A stretch of 64,000 nucleotides of DNA. Source: Gekko japonicus (taxonomy: Eukaryota). Within the stretch, counting starts at the first letter, position 1; every line of letters starts with the position of its first letter. Positions 25,238 to 37,442 of the stretch are shown in pieces. The translations under genes and the position numbers were made by a program. Under the pieces are notes generated by a model. The model was not told where the DNA came from. It saw only the letters and a program-made list of their open reading frames with translations, and ran no database searches. The stretch spans positions 1 to 64,000 of the forward strand of contig NW_015160914.1 in NCBI RefSeq assembly GCF_001447785.1, read 5' to 3'.

Positions 25238-25976
25238 TTTAGGCTACTAAATGTTGTTTTATATGGTTTTTATACCCAAGGCCTGTTATTTATTACTTGT
25301 TTTGATATGAATAATTCTTACATTTTTTTCATGTTATTGTATTGTTTTTCTTTGTGAGCTGCCTTGAACCGATCTCTGGAGAGGCAAGATATAAATTTAC
25401 TATTAAATAAATAAAAGAACCATGCTGTGCTTCAGGCACTAGTCCCAGTTCTCCCAGAAGGCCCAGCTATTGTGCTCTTTTAACACCCTCTGGTACCAAT
25501 GGGATTAAAAGGACTGCAAAGAAGTCACATTCCACTCCTCAGAGCACGGTTGTAATTGGGAGGGAGGAGAAGGAGGGAGTCGTGATGCCATAATAGTGGA
25601 GGTGTGGCTGTCACTGGGGGCAGAGGAAAGGAGTTGTGATAAAAAGCTCCCCAGAAGTCAGGTGCCCAAGGGCCTGAAAAATCCTGGAAGCCAGCCCTGC
25701 TGAGACAAGATGGATATAGAAATGCAGATATCCATGCTCTTCAGAACACTACATCTTCTGCCTTCGATGCCCTGCATGACAATTATGAACATAAGAGTCC
25801 AAGGGCCTTCACTCATGGCTTGCAAGCACAAGGTCCCATGCTCAGCCCCCAGCCAACAGGATCTCAGTGCTCAAGCTAGACATGATGATAAATGTCTCAT
25901 TAGAAGCTCCATTTAGTGGACTTGAAGGTTATAGACAAAGGGTACGTGCATGCCTGCCGTCCCTTTCCTATGTTTT

Positions 25977-27081
25977 TTTTTATATAAAGATTTTATTGGC
26001 TCCCCTAAAAAGGGGAGGTATTTCGCTTAAAAGAAAAAATGGGAAGTGTAGACAGTGGGGGAAAGAGAAAGCTGAGTGATATATAAACTGGTAAATTAAA
26101 CTGTTAGTAATGTCCAATTAATCTTCTTGGGCTTCTTCTGTGTGTTGTCAAACTTCTTTTCATAGTCCTGTCACAAGGTTCTCTGTTAGTATGTTAGTAA
26201 TGTTCATTTGAATTTCTGTTAATAAAAAAAATCTCTTCTGTGCACATTCAGAACCGCTTCTTTGCGTGCTGGGTACTTTTACTATCGCTGACGTGGAGGA
26301 GCTTCCTCTGTTGTCTTCTCCCTCCGGCTTGTTAAATCCTCCTTCGGGTTGTTGTTAATACTCTCAGTTCATGCACTATAAATCCTCTTCTTTTCATGCC
26401 ATTATCGGAGGTCCCCAGTTTTGAGAATGGTATTAATTTCATTTTCGCTGTTATATTCGCTCCCAAACTCTCTATGGGTCCTCCTCGCAATTGTTGACTT
26501 ATATAAGCGCTTGCCAGGCACTTCTCAATTCAAACTTTTCCGTTTTACAAAACTCCCGTCGGATTCACAGCCATAAACAGTCCAAACATTCAACAGCCGG
26601 CTCTCGCACACAAGCAAACGCCCAGACGGAAGTCCCTCCCTTCTTCTCCGCTCGCTTTTGCCCAGCTCCGACATCTTTTCTTTTTTGTTTACTTTTAAAA
26701 AGTTCTTAAAATGTGCTCCAGAGAGACAAGTTTCTCGCTTTCAAATACATCAAAGGAAAACATCACTGTCCGCTTAATTCATCCCCCCCCTTTATCACTC
26801 GGTGACGTCTGGTGGCTCCGCTAAACCCCGTTCGGGGTCGCTCACGCAGCAAGGTCCATTGGGGCAGGGCATGGCGGGAGCCTCGCTCTCCGACCTCTCG
26901 GTCGAAAGAGCGACTCCCCCCTAGTGCGCCCTAAAGCGCCCCGGATCCGAGCTCCTCTCTTCTGAGGGGCTCGTTCGGGTCTCCGCTCGCGCGGATTCCC
27001 TCCTCCACCGCGGGCGGGCGAGGCGCCCTCGGGAGCGACCCGAGGAAGCGTCCGCCATGCGCGGGAGCCAGACCGGAAGCC
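25977..27081 (-). mobile_element. Young non-coding L1-type non-autonomous element (~1.1 kb) with CpG-rich 5' end
   Basis: 16-bp TSD ccctttcctatgtttt (25961-76, 27082-97); 5' end GCTTCCGG..CATGGCGG; AATAAA plus A tail; no long ORF on the element strand. Confidence 0.75.
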
Positions 27082-27110
27082 CCCTTTCCTATGTTTTAAA
27101 TAACATAATT

Positions 27111-27549
27111 CCTTTTTTTTATATAAATGTATTTATTGGATTTTCTGTACAATATTTTTTTGCACCGCTTAACAATCTCCAACAATATTATAGTATCAAA
27201 CAAGGTATACTTCTTATTAACAATCTCCAAAAACATAATAATATCAAACACTACCTATATCTCAAAATATCTGGTTTAAATTTTATGTTAAACCGTGCTC
27301 TTACGCTTTTATCTTAGAACTTTTCCCTAATATTGCTAGCCTAAACTCCCATTGTTTTCTATCTTCTTTATCTTCAGCCAGTTATATATTACTCCCCATT
27401 TTTCCCAATATTTTTCTTCCGGTCTATGTTTTAATTCCACATTTACTCTATCCATTTCAGCTACTTCCAGAATCTTGTATTTTAATTCTTTTATTGAGGG
27501 TAAAGTGTTTGATTTCCACCTCTTTGCAATCAAAATTCTTGCCGCAGTA
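27111..27549 (-). mobile_element. 5'-truncated L1 (ORF2 C-terminus, 3' UTR, poly(A))
   Basis: TAARILIAKRWKS..PSIKE..AEMD..EKW; 15-bp TSD ttaaataacataatt (27096-110, 27550-64). Confidence 0.9.
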
Positions 27550-27844
27550 TTAAATAACATAATTTTTAAGAGTTGAGTGCCATTTGATCCCTGGATCAAA
27601 TTTAACATTGCGTGTAGAGATTATATGCTAGCCATCTCTGCAGTTGTCTACAGGACTGGTAGCCTTTTCCTATTATTTAAATTACCCCCTTTTTTCCATT
27701 GGTACATCACCTGGAATTTTCTCCCCCTTCATACACATGCATGCGCGTGCGCACACACACACCAAGAGCTAAGTGTTGAGAGGAGGATTTCAATCTGGCA
27801 ATTCAACCAAGGAACAATTGCACCCCACCAAGTAACTGAAGGGG

Positions 27845-28030
27845 AGGGAAGGCAGCATGGTATAGCCCAATCATATCAGATCTCAGAAGCTAAGCAAGGT
27901 GGGTACTTGGCTGGGAAACCACCAAGTAATATTTTGCAGAGGAAGGCTACCTCTGCTTCTCACTTGTTTTGAAAGCCCCTTGCTGGGATCACCATGAGTT
28001 GGTCACTGCAACTTGACAGAATTTACATAT
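27845..28030 (+). mobile_element. 5S-derived SINE
   Basis: cagatctcagaagctaagcaagg 5S head; imperfect TSD caagtaactgaag / caagtaattggag. Confidence 0.75.
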
Positions 28031-29959
28031 GCAAGTAATTGGAGAGTGATTAATTACTTGTAGGAGGAGCCCATGCAGTAGAAAAGCTTCTCCTTTTTCT
28101 CAGGTGGGAAGAAAAGTTTACTCCTTCCCACCCCTCACCCTCCATTGACCATTCCTCATGTCAAAACAGCCAACTGAAGCTCCTAATTTTTTAAAAATTG
28201 AGATCCACTCATTTTTAGTGTTGAATCTAGTTTGGCTTTATATAGCAGCACTAGGAAAGACCACTTAGCCTCTGAGATCTCAGAGACCCACTCCCAATTT
28301 TAAAAAAAGACCAAGCAGGTAAATGAAATCTCTGCCCTAGGAGGGGGGCTTCCTATGTTCATATGCCCTATATATTAGTTCATGTCTTCCAGAAGACAGC
28401 TGTGAAATAGAATGTAAATTCTAAGGACTGAGCACTGTTTGATCTCTGGCTCAGATTTTGCCCCAACAAGATCATATGGCAGCTGGCTATACAAAGTGGT
28501 GCATTAAAAGTGGCAATTAGATTGTACAGGATCCACAAAGCTGTAAACAGGATTTGCTGTTTGTATACATTTATGTAAATATGTGTATCTTGCCATCCTG
28601 GCAGGGAAGACAGAAGTAGGCAATGATTCAGCCTAGGAGCAATTGCACCCCACCAAGTAATTGAAGAGTGATTAATTATTTTCAGGAAGAGCCCCCACAG
28701 TGGATGTGCTTCTCCCTTTTCTCAGGTGACCAACCTCCTATGGTGATAAAAGGAGCAATCTCATTAGCTTAAAGCAGCAGGGGCTCTGTTAAACTCAGAC
28801 TTGCAATCCCTCATGTTGGCCCACCTATTAAACCAGAGTGTATTACTCGGAAGGTCACAACCAAAAGCCCCACATTGGGCACAGAGTATTGTGATCTTTC
28901 AATACTAATAGGCACAGCTGGAGCTCAGAACAAGCTCAGGAGCTGAAGTGCAATATATTATCTACGCAGAAAGATGGGGAATAATTTCCTGAGCCAGGCA
29001 TCCACTGTTCTTACTCTGCCCTACAGATTACTGCACTGAAGAGAGACGCCACAGGAGGAAGCCAGGTAGAGCAGTGGCCATGGGGAGATGTCACTAGTGA
29101 AGAAGAAATGCTTGGTTTTGATCTCATTTGTGGTACATCTCTAGCAAAATGCCTCTCTTTATGACAGGTGAGGGACCTGCAGAGGGGAGGCTTGTATATT
29201 TTATGGACCTGGAGGGGAGAACATACCACCAACATGGTCCTATCAGTGAGAGGGGTATGCATTCTCCTCCAGGGCAATGTTGATCAGTCCTTCACATGCA
29301 GAGGTACAGCCCACTCAAATAACAAATTCAGATGTGCACCATGAAATGTGGAGACTGTGGTTCAAAGATTGAGCATCTGCTTTGCAGAGTTGCTTGAACA
29401 CACCCTGGTTCAACTTGCATTCTTTTTGCCAGTCATAAACAGAGACCTGGTTTTTTGACAATTTGTTCTATAGTTCACTGATCTGTTCATTGCTGTTCTA
29501 CAGGTTACTTCACTGTATTAACCATATTCCTTCCAACCCCTGCAGTGCAGCACGAATAGCGGTTTGTGCCTGTGTGCTCTCTCACAGCCTGATTGAGCTT
29601 TGCTGTCACCCATCCTTGCAGTGGAACTAATGAGCTCAGCAAGCAATTATTTCAAGAGACAATTAGATCAATCACAAATCATATAATTCAGTCATCAATA
29701 AATGCTGTCTTTGAATAAAATCCTACTCTTCAGTGTCCGTCTAAGACATCCTTAGTGATGCTAATGGCCACCTATCACTATGAATCAGCAGCACCTTTGT
29801 GTATGTGTAGTTTTGTGAAAACCCAATGCAAACCAGTTTCACAGGTTTTTTTCAACTGATTTGCCTGAACAAAACACATCTGATCAACATCTGATCGATT
29901 CACATCTGATCGATACCTTCAAATACAAGAAGTGTTATTGTCAAATGTATTCACAGTGA

Positions 29960-30115
29960 AATTTGCAGAAGGTCCCAAGTTCAATCCACAGCATCTTCCT
30001 TTAAAAAAACAATAGCATAGGTGATGTGGAAGACTCTGGAGAGCTTCCACTCGTCTGAGTACACAATACTAGCCTTGGTGAATCAAGGTATGATTAAGTT
30101 TAAGGCAACTTCATG
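29960..30115 (+). mobile_element. tRNA-derived SINE (Squam2-like) fragment
   Basis: gcagaaggtcccaagttcaatcc...aaggcaacttcatg; matches the copy at 48575. Confidence 0.65.
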
Positions 30116-31134
30116 CATGTATAAAGTGCTTTTCATCTTTTACAAACAATGATAATTATTTATGTTCTACTGTGTGTGTGTCTGCTACACACATAGGCCA
30201 GTCATCTGTTGAAATATCAGATAAATATTACCAGGGGATCTACTCCACTATACTTATTCTCTGGTAACAACATTGTAATAAGTTTATGTTACAGATGAGA
30301 ACGTGAAAGCCATCGTTCACATTCAATTAGAAGCTCAAGTTTTTAAATTTGTAAAGACCTGGAATTGTTGACATTTTGCTGCTGCTAATGTCTTTAATGT
30401 TAATGATTCCCCAGCTAAGAAGGATTTCCCAAAGCTCTCAGATCATTTTTAGTTCATTCTCCTCATTACCTGTACTTCAAAGCACATGAAAAAATACCTT
30501 GTACTTAATTTAGAGCAAATGAATGGTAATGTCATTTTTTCCTTCTAAAGTACATGTTTTATGAAGAGGGGGAATCCTTACTAAACTCATAACTGAATCC
30601 ATAATTCCATCTATGGTGTCCTTCCAGATAACCCCCACTCGTGGGGAGGGTAATATACAAACCAAAATAAATAAATAATGTCAGAGTCCAGCAAGGCTTA
30701 GACCTTCTCATCAGATTTCAGGATATGGGGAAAGTAGACTCTCAGTCTGCTGAAGCCATTGGTAAGAGTAGTTCATTCAAGAGCAAGCAGCAGTGAATTT
30801 CCATAAACAGCAATGAAAGATTGGAAAGGACCAGAAGTGAGTGTCTGATGTAGCCCAACCAAGGCAAGAGAGTATGTTCCAACAGCATCAGCTGAGGGCC
30901 AGAAGGACCAGAAGCAAATAGAGTCATTGAAGGCATAAAGGAGTTTGCTTGTGGAAGATGAGAGCATCTGTGTAGCCAATGCAGAGTCCTCCAGTGAAAC
31001 AAGTTGGTCATGTACTTCTGTATCTTTTCTATAAGGTCTGGTGGAGCCAAACTGGTCCTCTTGGTCAGTTGACCAAGTGCTAAGCCCGCTTGCATTGACA
31101 CAGGTCAGTCTGCAAGCCCTGTATTATTACTGCC

Positions 31135-31330
31135 ATTCATCTTTTTATCCCACTCTTCCTTCAAGGAGCTCTGGGTAGAGTACATGGTCCTCTCCTCTTT
31201 TATCTTCATAGCAATGCTGTGAGATAAGAATGACTCACCCATTGTTCATCCAGTGAGCCTCATGGTGGAATGGGGATTTAGACTCAGATTGCCACCGTCC
31301 TAGCCTGACACTCTAACTGCTGAGCTACAC
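31135..31330 (-). mobile_element. MIR-like SINE, degenerate
   Basis: cagtgagcctcatgg..ggggattta...cctagcctgacactctaac. Confidence 0.6.
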
Positions 31331-32244
31331 TCAAGCATGAAAGCTTTCTGTCTGCACAAATGGTAAAAACCTGGCTTCTGGGAATACCAGCTCGAGATAC
31401 ATTGGCAACTACTGTCATCTTTATGTAGCAGTGACAGCATATTCCTGGGCCATGCCTGCCACCACCCCAGCTAAGTACAAGTTAATTCACTCATATGCAT
31501 CAGTTGCCCTCTGTCCAAGAATACTAATGGCCTGGTTCATGATTACAGCTGCAGGATGGGAAGGAGCCAGAAGTTCCACATACAGCTTCTTCTGCTCACT
31601 TTGACAAGGGCTGCTAGAGGTAGAAGGGAGCAGAGACGTTCAGTTAGTTTCATGTCTGCCTGTATTTCAAGAAAGACTGAACGAGTGACAAGCGTTCGCA
31701 AAGTTGAACATAAAATTAGTGTTTGTACTAAAAGGGGTTTTTTTACAAAAAAAAAATCTGCCCATGTTTTAAGCTACTGTCTTCATAAGGCACATTATTA
31801 CACAGGGGAAATCCTTTCTTTTGCAGTTAAGGGTGAGTTTGGCCTCATAGTGATTCATTGTTATGTGCGATCAGGGGCCATATCATGTTGCAGTGGAGTT
31901 GTGAGGGTGTCTGGGGAACCCATGAAAGCTACTAATGATCAGGAAAGCCACTTGAAAGGGAGAGTGTCAAAAAGGGGCTTGCAGTTCTTATAGAACTAAC
32001 ATGACTTGTTTAGATTGTGAATGAGTGATAAAGGAAAGCACCCAAGGATATCTCTTTGTTAAATTGTAGGATATGTTCTAAAGCACACATTATTTGATCA
32101 CATCTTCACAAGTCGGCAATCAATTTGGCTTGGCTTCTGATGATAATTAAAAGAGAGGATTGTCTTAAATGTTGCTTCACATCCTTCATGCTATCTCGGC
32201 TGGTCTTTTTATAGTGCAGAAAGCAGTGGGGAACGAGATAGTTA

Positions 32245-32420
32245 CATCCCAATGGGGACCCAAAGTGACTTACAACATTGTTGCCCCTCCTCTGTTTTAA
32301 TCCTCACAGCAACAACCCTGTGAAGTAGGTTAGGGGTAGTGAGAGTGACTGACCCAAGTAACACAGCAGACCGGGGATTCAAACTGGGGTTTCCTGGATC
32401 CTAGCCAACCTCTCTAACCA
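32245..32420 (-). mobile_element. MIR-like SINE
   Basis: cctcacagcaacaaccctgtgaagtagg core; ggggattcaaac box B. Confidence 0.65.
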
Positions 32421-34433
32421 CTCTTTCTCTACCTATGTTTTTCGCAGTGAGTTTGAAGTTTCTTGGAAGCTTGTTTGGATTGATTTGCTTACAGCATTTC
32501 TTCCCAATCTTCTTGCCAATATTGGCACCCAGAGAGGCTCACAATGCATCAGATGTTTCAAAGTGCTCCTCCTTCCTCTGTAGCACTTCTGAAAAAATTA
32601 AGGAACAACCTGGAACAAGTTCTCACCCTAAACCTCAGATTGCAGCTACCAATTCTCTTTAGAGACTGCAGAATCCTCAAGGACACGATCAAGAATGGCA
32701 GGCAGACAGTAAGGCCTCATACATCAGTACACATCCTTGAAAAAGTGCCCACAGCAGTTACCTTGTTCCACATTCAAAAAACGCCTGTGGACTGGCACAA
32801 GGCAATCTCACAGAACATTATGAATTGGCAGATTTGTCTCAGCTTGAATTAACACAAGCACATCCTGACACAAAACCTTCATTGTGATAATTTGTATGTT
32901 ACTGAGCAGCGGGTGCCTCATTTCCAAGATCTAGAAGTTACCCGTAATGACACCGAAAGGCAAACAACAGGGAGACAAAGCAGGGCTGAAAGCCTTTGAT
33001 TAATCAAAGCAATTAATAGATTAGTCCATTAATTGCAGATTAAAAGGATGACATAAACAAGGTCTTGACTCAGGCAGTGTTTTGTAACAAGATTTTTTCC
33101 CCCAAAGAAACAATTTGTTCTCCAAGCAAGTTAGAGAGAAACTTATCCTGATTAAAAGGCATTCAAAATGATCCAAGATACGATATGGTGTAACATCAGC
33201 CCCTCCAGCCAGCGGGCAGTTTAAAGCCTTTGAATCCAGTATAACTACCAGGAGCCACTGGGGGGGGGGGTTCCCTTCCAAGGTGCTCTGCATTCGAGCC
33301 AGAAACCACTTCTCACATGAACAGGAAGCTCAGAATTGACCCTGCTCATCTTCCTTCATGTGTATCCCCAGAGTAGCAGGGTTCATACTGTGGAGGAAGG
33401 AGCTCCCATACCATTGCAGGCATGTGTGAATCAGCCTTCCGTCCCCATCTGGCTTGCCGGCAGCAGGCATGTTGACTCATTTCCAGTAACTTGCAAAATC
33501 ACTATGGTTGGTAGAGGAAGCAGCCATCTGGAAGCCTCCCTTGTGAATAGAAAAATGCATTGAACTCCACCTTCGCTTCCTGTTATCATAAAAACAGTGT
33601 TCGCAAAATGCCAGCTCTTTTTCCTGGATTACTGTTAGAGGAACATGTTGCCTGACATTTTAAAGGGTTTTTTTCCCCGATCAGTCCTCAAAACAGGAGA
33701 CAGGAGTCCTCCTGCACGATAGCCAGTATGGCCTCTAGGCTAGTGATTGAGGTAAATTTCAGAACTAGGGAGGTTAAGAATACTGAGTCTCCCAGATTGG
33801 GTATCAATAGGAGCCAAGATCAGACCCCTCCTCTGGATCCAGGCCTGGTTTGTATTGGTGTCCATCACTATTGCTGCCACCGCCCCATAGCTAAAGAGAT
33901 CAAGCTGCAAGATGAAAGCCCCCTGGCATAAAATGATGTTCATGACATCTGCATAGGGATGCTATTGAATTTCTTGTCTTTGCTAATTTGATGTTTAAGA
34001 AATCCCTGCTTTGTTTTTGTTTCTCCTTTGTGCAAACCAGACTGCTTCCGGACTCTGAAATTCTTCCCTTGAAAATTAACACACTTTCCACATTCCTTTT
34101 GCGCCAGTTGAATAGAAAAGGTGCATAACATATAAATGGAATAAATGCATACCAATGCTGAAAAGAAACCAATTTGTAATTGCAGCTGTGAATGATGGTG
34201 GAATGGAAAGATGCAACAGCATGCTAAAAGAAATAAAGGGGGGATATATTCTTGGACTGACATCATCTCTCCTATCACCTTCAACCCCAGCTGGTGGATC
34301 TCCTACCCTTTGAAGGGTAAGTTTGCTTGGAAGGAGAAGGAGACTGGCAAAGTGTCAAGTTCCTTAGCAGGGTCACACAATGCACACACTCAGGCTTCTT
34401 GAGAAGATAAATGGTTTTATTGGTAGTCCATAA

Positions 34434-34832
34434 TAGGGATGTTAAATAGGATGTTTAATAGGGAACCATAGAGAACAATGGAGGGGATGGGGGCAACCTG
34501 TTTGAGGGCCCGTAGAATTGTACCCCCTGGTCCACTGTTCTTCAAACTTGGTTGGTATCTTGGGGAGAGGCTCCAGCAGCTACCCTGAGAGTTTGGAGTC
34601 TCTCCCTAAAGCCCCCTCTCCTCCAGCCCCCAGAATATACCCTATGTTTTTGCCATTGACTTCAATGGCCCATAGGATATAATGGGGCTGAAATTGACAT
34701 TCGGCTGGCCAAAAGATGCCCCAATCTCTCTTACTGACGAAACTGACATGCAGAAGTCTTACCGCCAGCAGAAATTGATTCTGCCTTATTCCACGGAATC
34801 TGAATGGGCCGATTTGTTTTCCCACATCCCTA
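34434..34832. mobile_element. hAT-type MITE (TAGGGATG TIR)
   Basis: tagggatgt...acatcccta; exact 8-bp TSD gtccataa (34426-33, 34833-40). Confidence 0.9.
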
Positions 34833-34902
34833 GTCCATAACTAAAGTACGAGTATACAGCTTGTGTCAAGAATGGCCCGTAGTATAGTGACCTCTGACTT
34901 AG

Positions 34903-36220
34903 AGGGTGCGTTCAGACGGGGCGTTTTAGCCGGCATAAACTGTACCGGTTGGAACCGGTGCAGTTTATGCTGGCTGAAACGTGATCACACTTACCTCCCT
35001 CACAGCGAAGCCCATCGCTGTATACCAGTTCACACTCAGCGGGCATCGGCGTTTAAAAAAAAACCAAAACCTCAGTTTGAACATGCGCATAGGCAGCCAT
35101 CCACAGAATGGCGAGAGGGACGGCTGGAGGCAGCTGGGACTCTGTCCGAGGGGTCCTAAAGCCCGTTCATTTTTCTTCCAGTGCAACCACCCAAAGACCC
35201 CAGCCCCTGCGTCTCCCTGGGGCACGGGAAAGCCTCTCCTCGAGGACAAACCCGCTCGAGCCACAGCGCCGTCTCTGCCAGGCTCCCTCCCAGCCCCCGT
35301 CTCCCCACCTCGCCAACCCGCCTCCCCGTTCCCGTTCGTTCAGCCTCCTCGGTCTGCCAGAGCTTCATTCCCCCACCGGCAGCGGCAGCCGAAGGGCAGC
35401 CTCCTCCACCCGCGGGCCTCGCCCTCCCCCCTTCAGGTCTGTGCCCTGCCCACGGTCTCGCCGGGGACTCCACGGGGTGGCGGGGGGGACCTTTCCCGGG
35501 AGGCAGTGGAAGCCGCAAGGCCCAGGTTGGGCCAGGTGAGACGCTGGGGCTGCCGGCGGCCAGAGTGCCGCAGATCGAGCGCCAGGGCAAGAGACCCTTT
35601 CACCCGATCGCCCAGCGGGCCCAGCGCAAAAGCGCCCTCCTCGCCAAGCCCTGCCCTGCCCTGCTGCGCCGGCTCGCCCTCCTGGGCCGGCCCTGACTGC
35701 GCGTCTTGATCCGGCCTCTTCGTTGCCGCTCTCATTCTTTCTGTCCCCCACCCTGTCCCCGCTTTCCCTCCCTTCCCCCTCGTGCCTCCTTCCCCTCCCA
35801 CCACCTTCCAGTCCTCGTCGGGCTCCCTCCCCCCTCCCGCGCTCCCCCCTCCTCCTGCAGCCGTCTGCTCTCCGCTTTTTTCTCCCCAGGATGCTTTCTT
35901 TCTTTTTTAAACAAACGGCAGGGCGAAGCTTCACCCAAGTGCAAATCGCGTCCTTTAAAAAAAATGGCGGCCGAAAATCGGAAGCCGTGGGCTTCCAAAC
36001 GCAAGTGGCTGTGCAACGTCGGAGAGCATTCAGAAGGCAGCGATTACAACTGTTGTACTCTGGATACCACCACTTGGGACCTAGTGGCAGAGTACAACGG
36101 TGTAAACGGCTTTGTAACGGTTAGGGACTGGAGGCAGATGTTCGTCATGTGAACGCCGGTAAGTACACCGGTTGGAATCGTCACCTATTCCGTTAGAAAT
36201 GCTGCGTCTGAACGCACCCA
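34903..36220. mobile_element. Non-autonomous PIF/Harbinger-type transposon carrying a CpG island
   Basis: Perfect 15-bp TIR gggtgcgttcagacg (34904-18) / cgtctgaacgcaccc (36205-19); TAG on both flanks (34900-02, 36221-23). Confidence 0.85.
35100..36030. promoter_or_regulatory. CpG island-like segment inside the Harbinger element
   Basis: Very high GC and CpG density against an AT-rich background; YY1-like AAAATGGCGGC at ~35961. Confidence 0.6.
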
Positions 36221-36644
36221 TAGTGATTTCGAACTACCCCCCCCCGAGCAAAGGCCAATGGTTAATTTTCGCGTGTGCTGCAAGCAACCAGCAAAACAAG
36301 CAGCAAAGCTAGAAGGCAGTTGAGATTCCCAGCCATCTCAATACAGCTGGACACAGCAAGGTCACAGCTGCGATAGCAGGCAGTTGCTGGGCAGGGAAGC
36401 GCTGAGAAAGCGGAGGAGAGCATCACCCCCACATACCAATGCCATGACAGGGCTACCTGACACAAAACAACATGTGGATTTCTCAATTTCTTTGGTTTTT
36501 CTGGCTTTCTCAAATAAAGCTTAAAAAGGCTAGGGTTCTTTTTCCTCCAAAAAAAGCCTTGGAAAAATCAAGTGAAAACTGGAAAGAGCTTGGCCATTGT
36601 TACTCCTGGCATCCTGCTTGCCCCTTTCCCCATTTAATCAGCAT

Positions 36645-36731
36645 TTGGGGCAGAGAATTTCCTGCATTGTGCAGGGGGTTAGACTAGATGACCCTGGAGG
36701 TCCCTTCCAACTCTATGATTCTATGACTATG
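36645..36731 (+). mobile_element. CR1 extreme 3' end
   Basis: gactagatgaccctggaggtcccttccaactctatgattctatg terminal motif. Confidence 0.85.
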
Positions 36732-37302
36732 TGTCCTAGGCAATGGTCATTTTTCCCATGATTTTTTTCATGTATCACTTAGACTGTATCCTCTATGCTA
36801 ACATCTACTCTGCTGTACTATCTGTGCTTCTCATATCCTGATCTCATTTTTGGACTAGCAGGAATCAGCAGAGTCCCTGGTCAGCTTGTGATAGTCATGG
36901 ATTTTGGGGGAAGGGTACATCCTGCATCAGGAGAACATTATCTGTTCCCACACAAAATCTGGACTCAAGGGAGAGGAAGCATGATTCATTCATGCGTCCT
37001 CTCTCACAGCTTCTATGGAATACACAAAGTGGTCCAGAACCTATTGTTGTAGTTCTGCTATAGCTCTTCTAAAAGCTCCTTGGAGCAGGAATCTTGAAAG
37101 GCAACACATAAATCCACTAACCAAAAGTTCTCTGCCCTGCCCTGCAGGCTTTGTAAGGGGATTCCAGTTTCTTTGTCTCCTCCATGAAGTTGATGCTAGT
37201 TCCTATATAGGGGGGGGGGGGGGGTCAGTGCTGCTCCAGGCTCCAAATGGCAGTGATTTCATTTTTTCCCAAGACAGACTTAAGCTTCTCTCATGACCCC
37301 CA

Positions 37303-37442
37303 GGCTGCAATCACACACACTAAATCATCCACTTTCAATGCACTTTCAATGCACTTTCCAGTTGGAGCTTGCCAGTTCACATGGTAAAATCCAGTTGGAA
37401 AGTGGATTGAAAGTGGATTATTTAGTGTGTGTGATCTCAGCT
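37303..37442. mobile_element. Palindromic Harbinger-like MITE
   Basis: Arms atcacacacactaaatcatccactttcaat / attgaaagtggattatttagtgtgtgtgat form a long hairpin. Confidence 0.75.

Larger units (their letters stand above)
34353..36449 (-). mobile_element. Solo-LTR-like host element containing two nested DNA transposons
   Basis: TGTCA...TGACA ends and a minus-strand AATAAA near 34416; no TSD found. Confidence 0.35.

Noticed and set aside
29027-29065. Possible 39-nt exon after a good acceptor (ctctgccctacag)
   Set aside because: Weak donor (gtagag) and an unrecognised peptide; needs RNA-seq.
34981-36152. Long overlapping ORFs (up to 242 aa) in the CpG island
   Set aside because: Pro/Arg/Gly-rich ORFs open in many frames are expected at high GC; no domain recognised; they lie inside a transposon.
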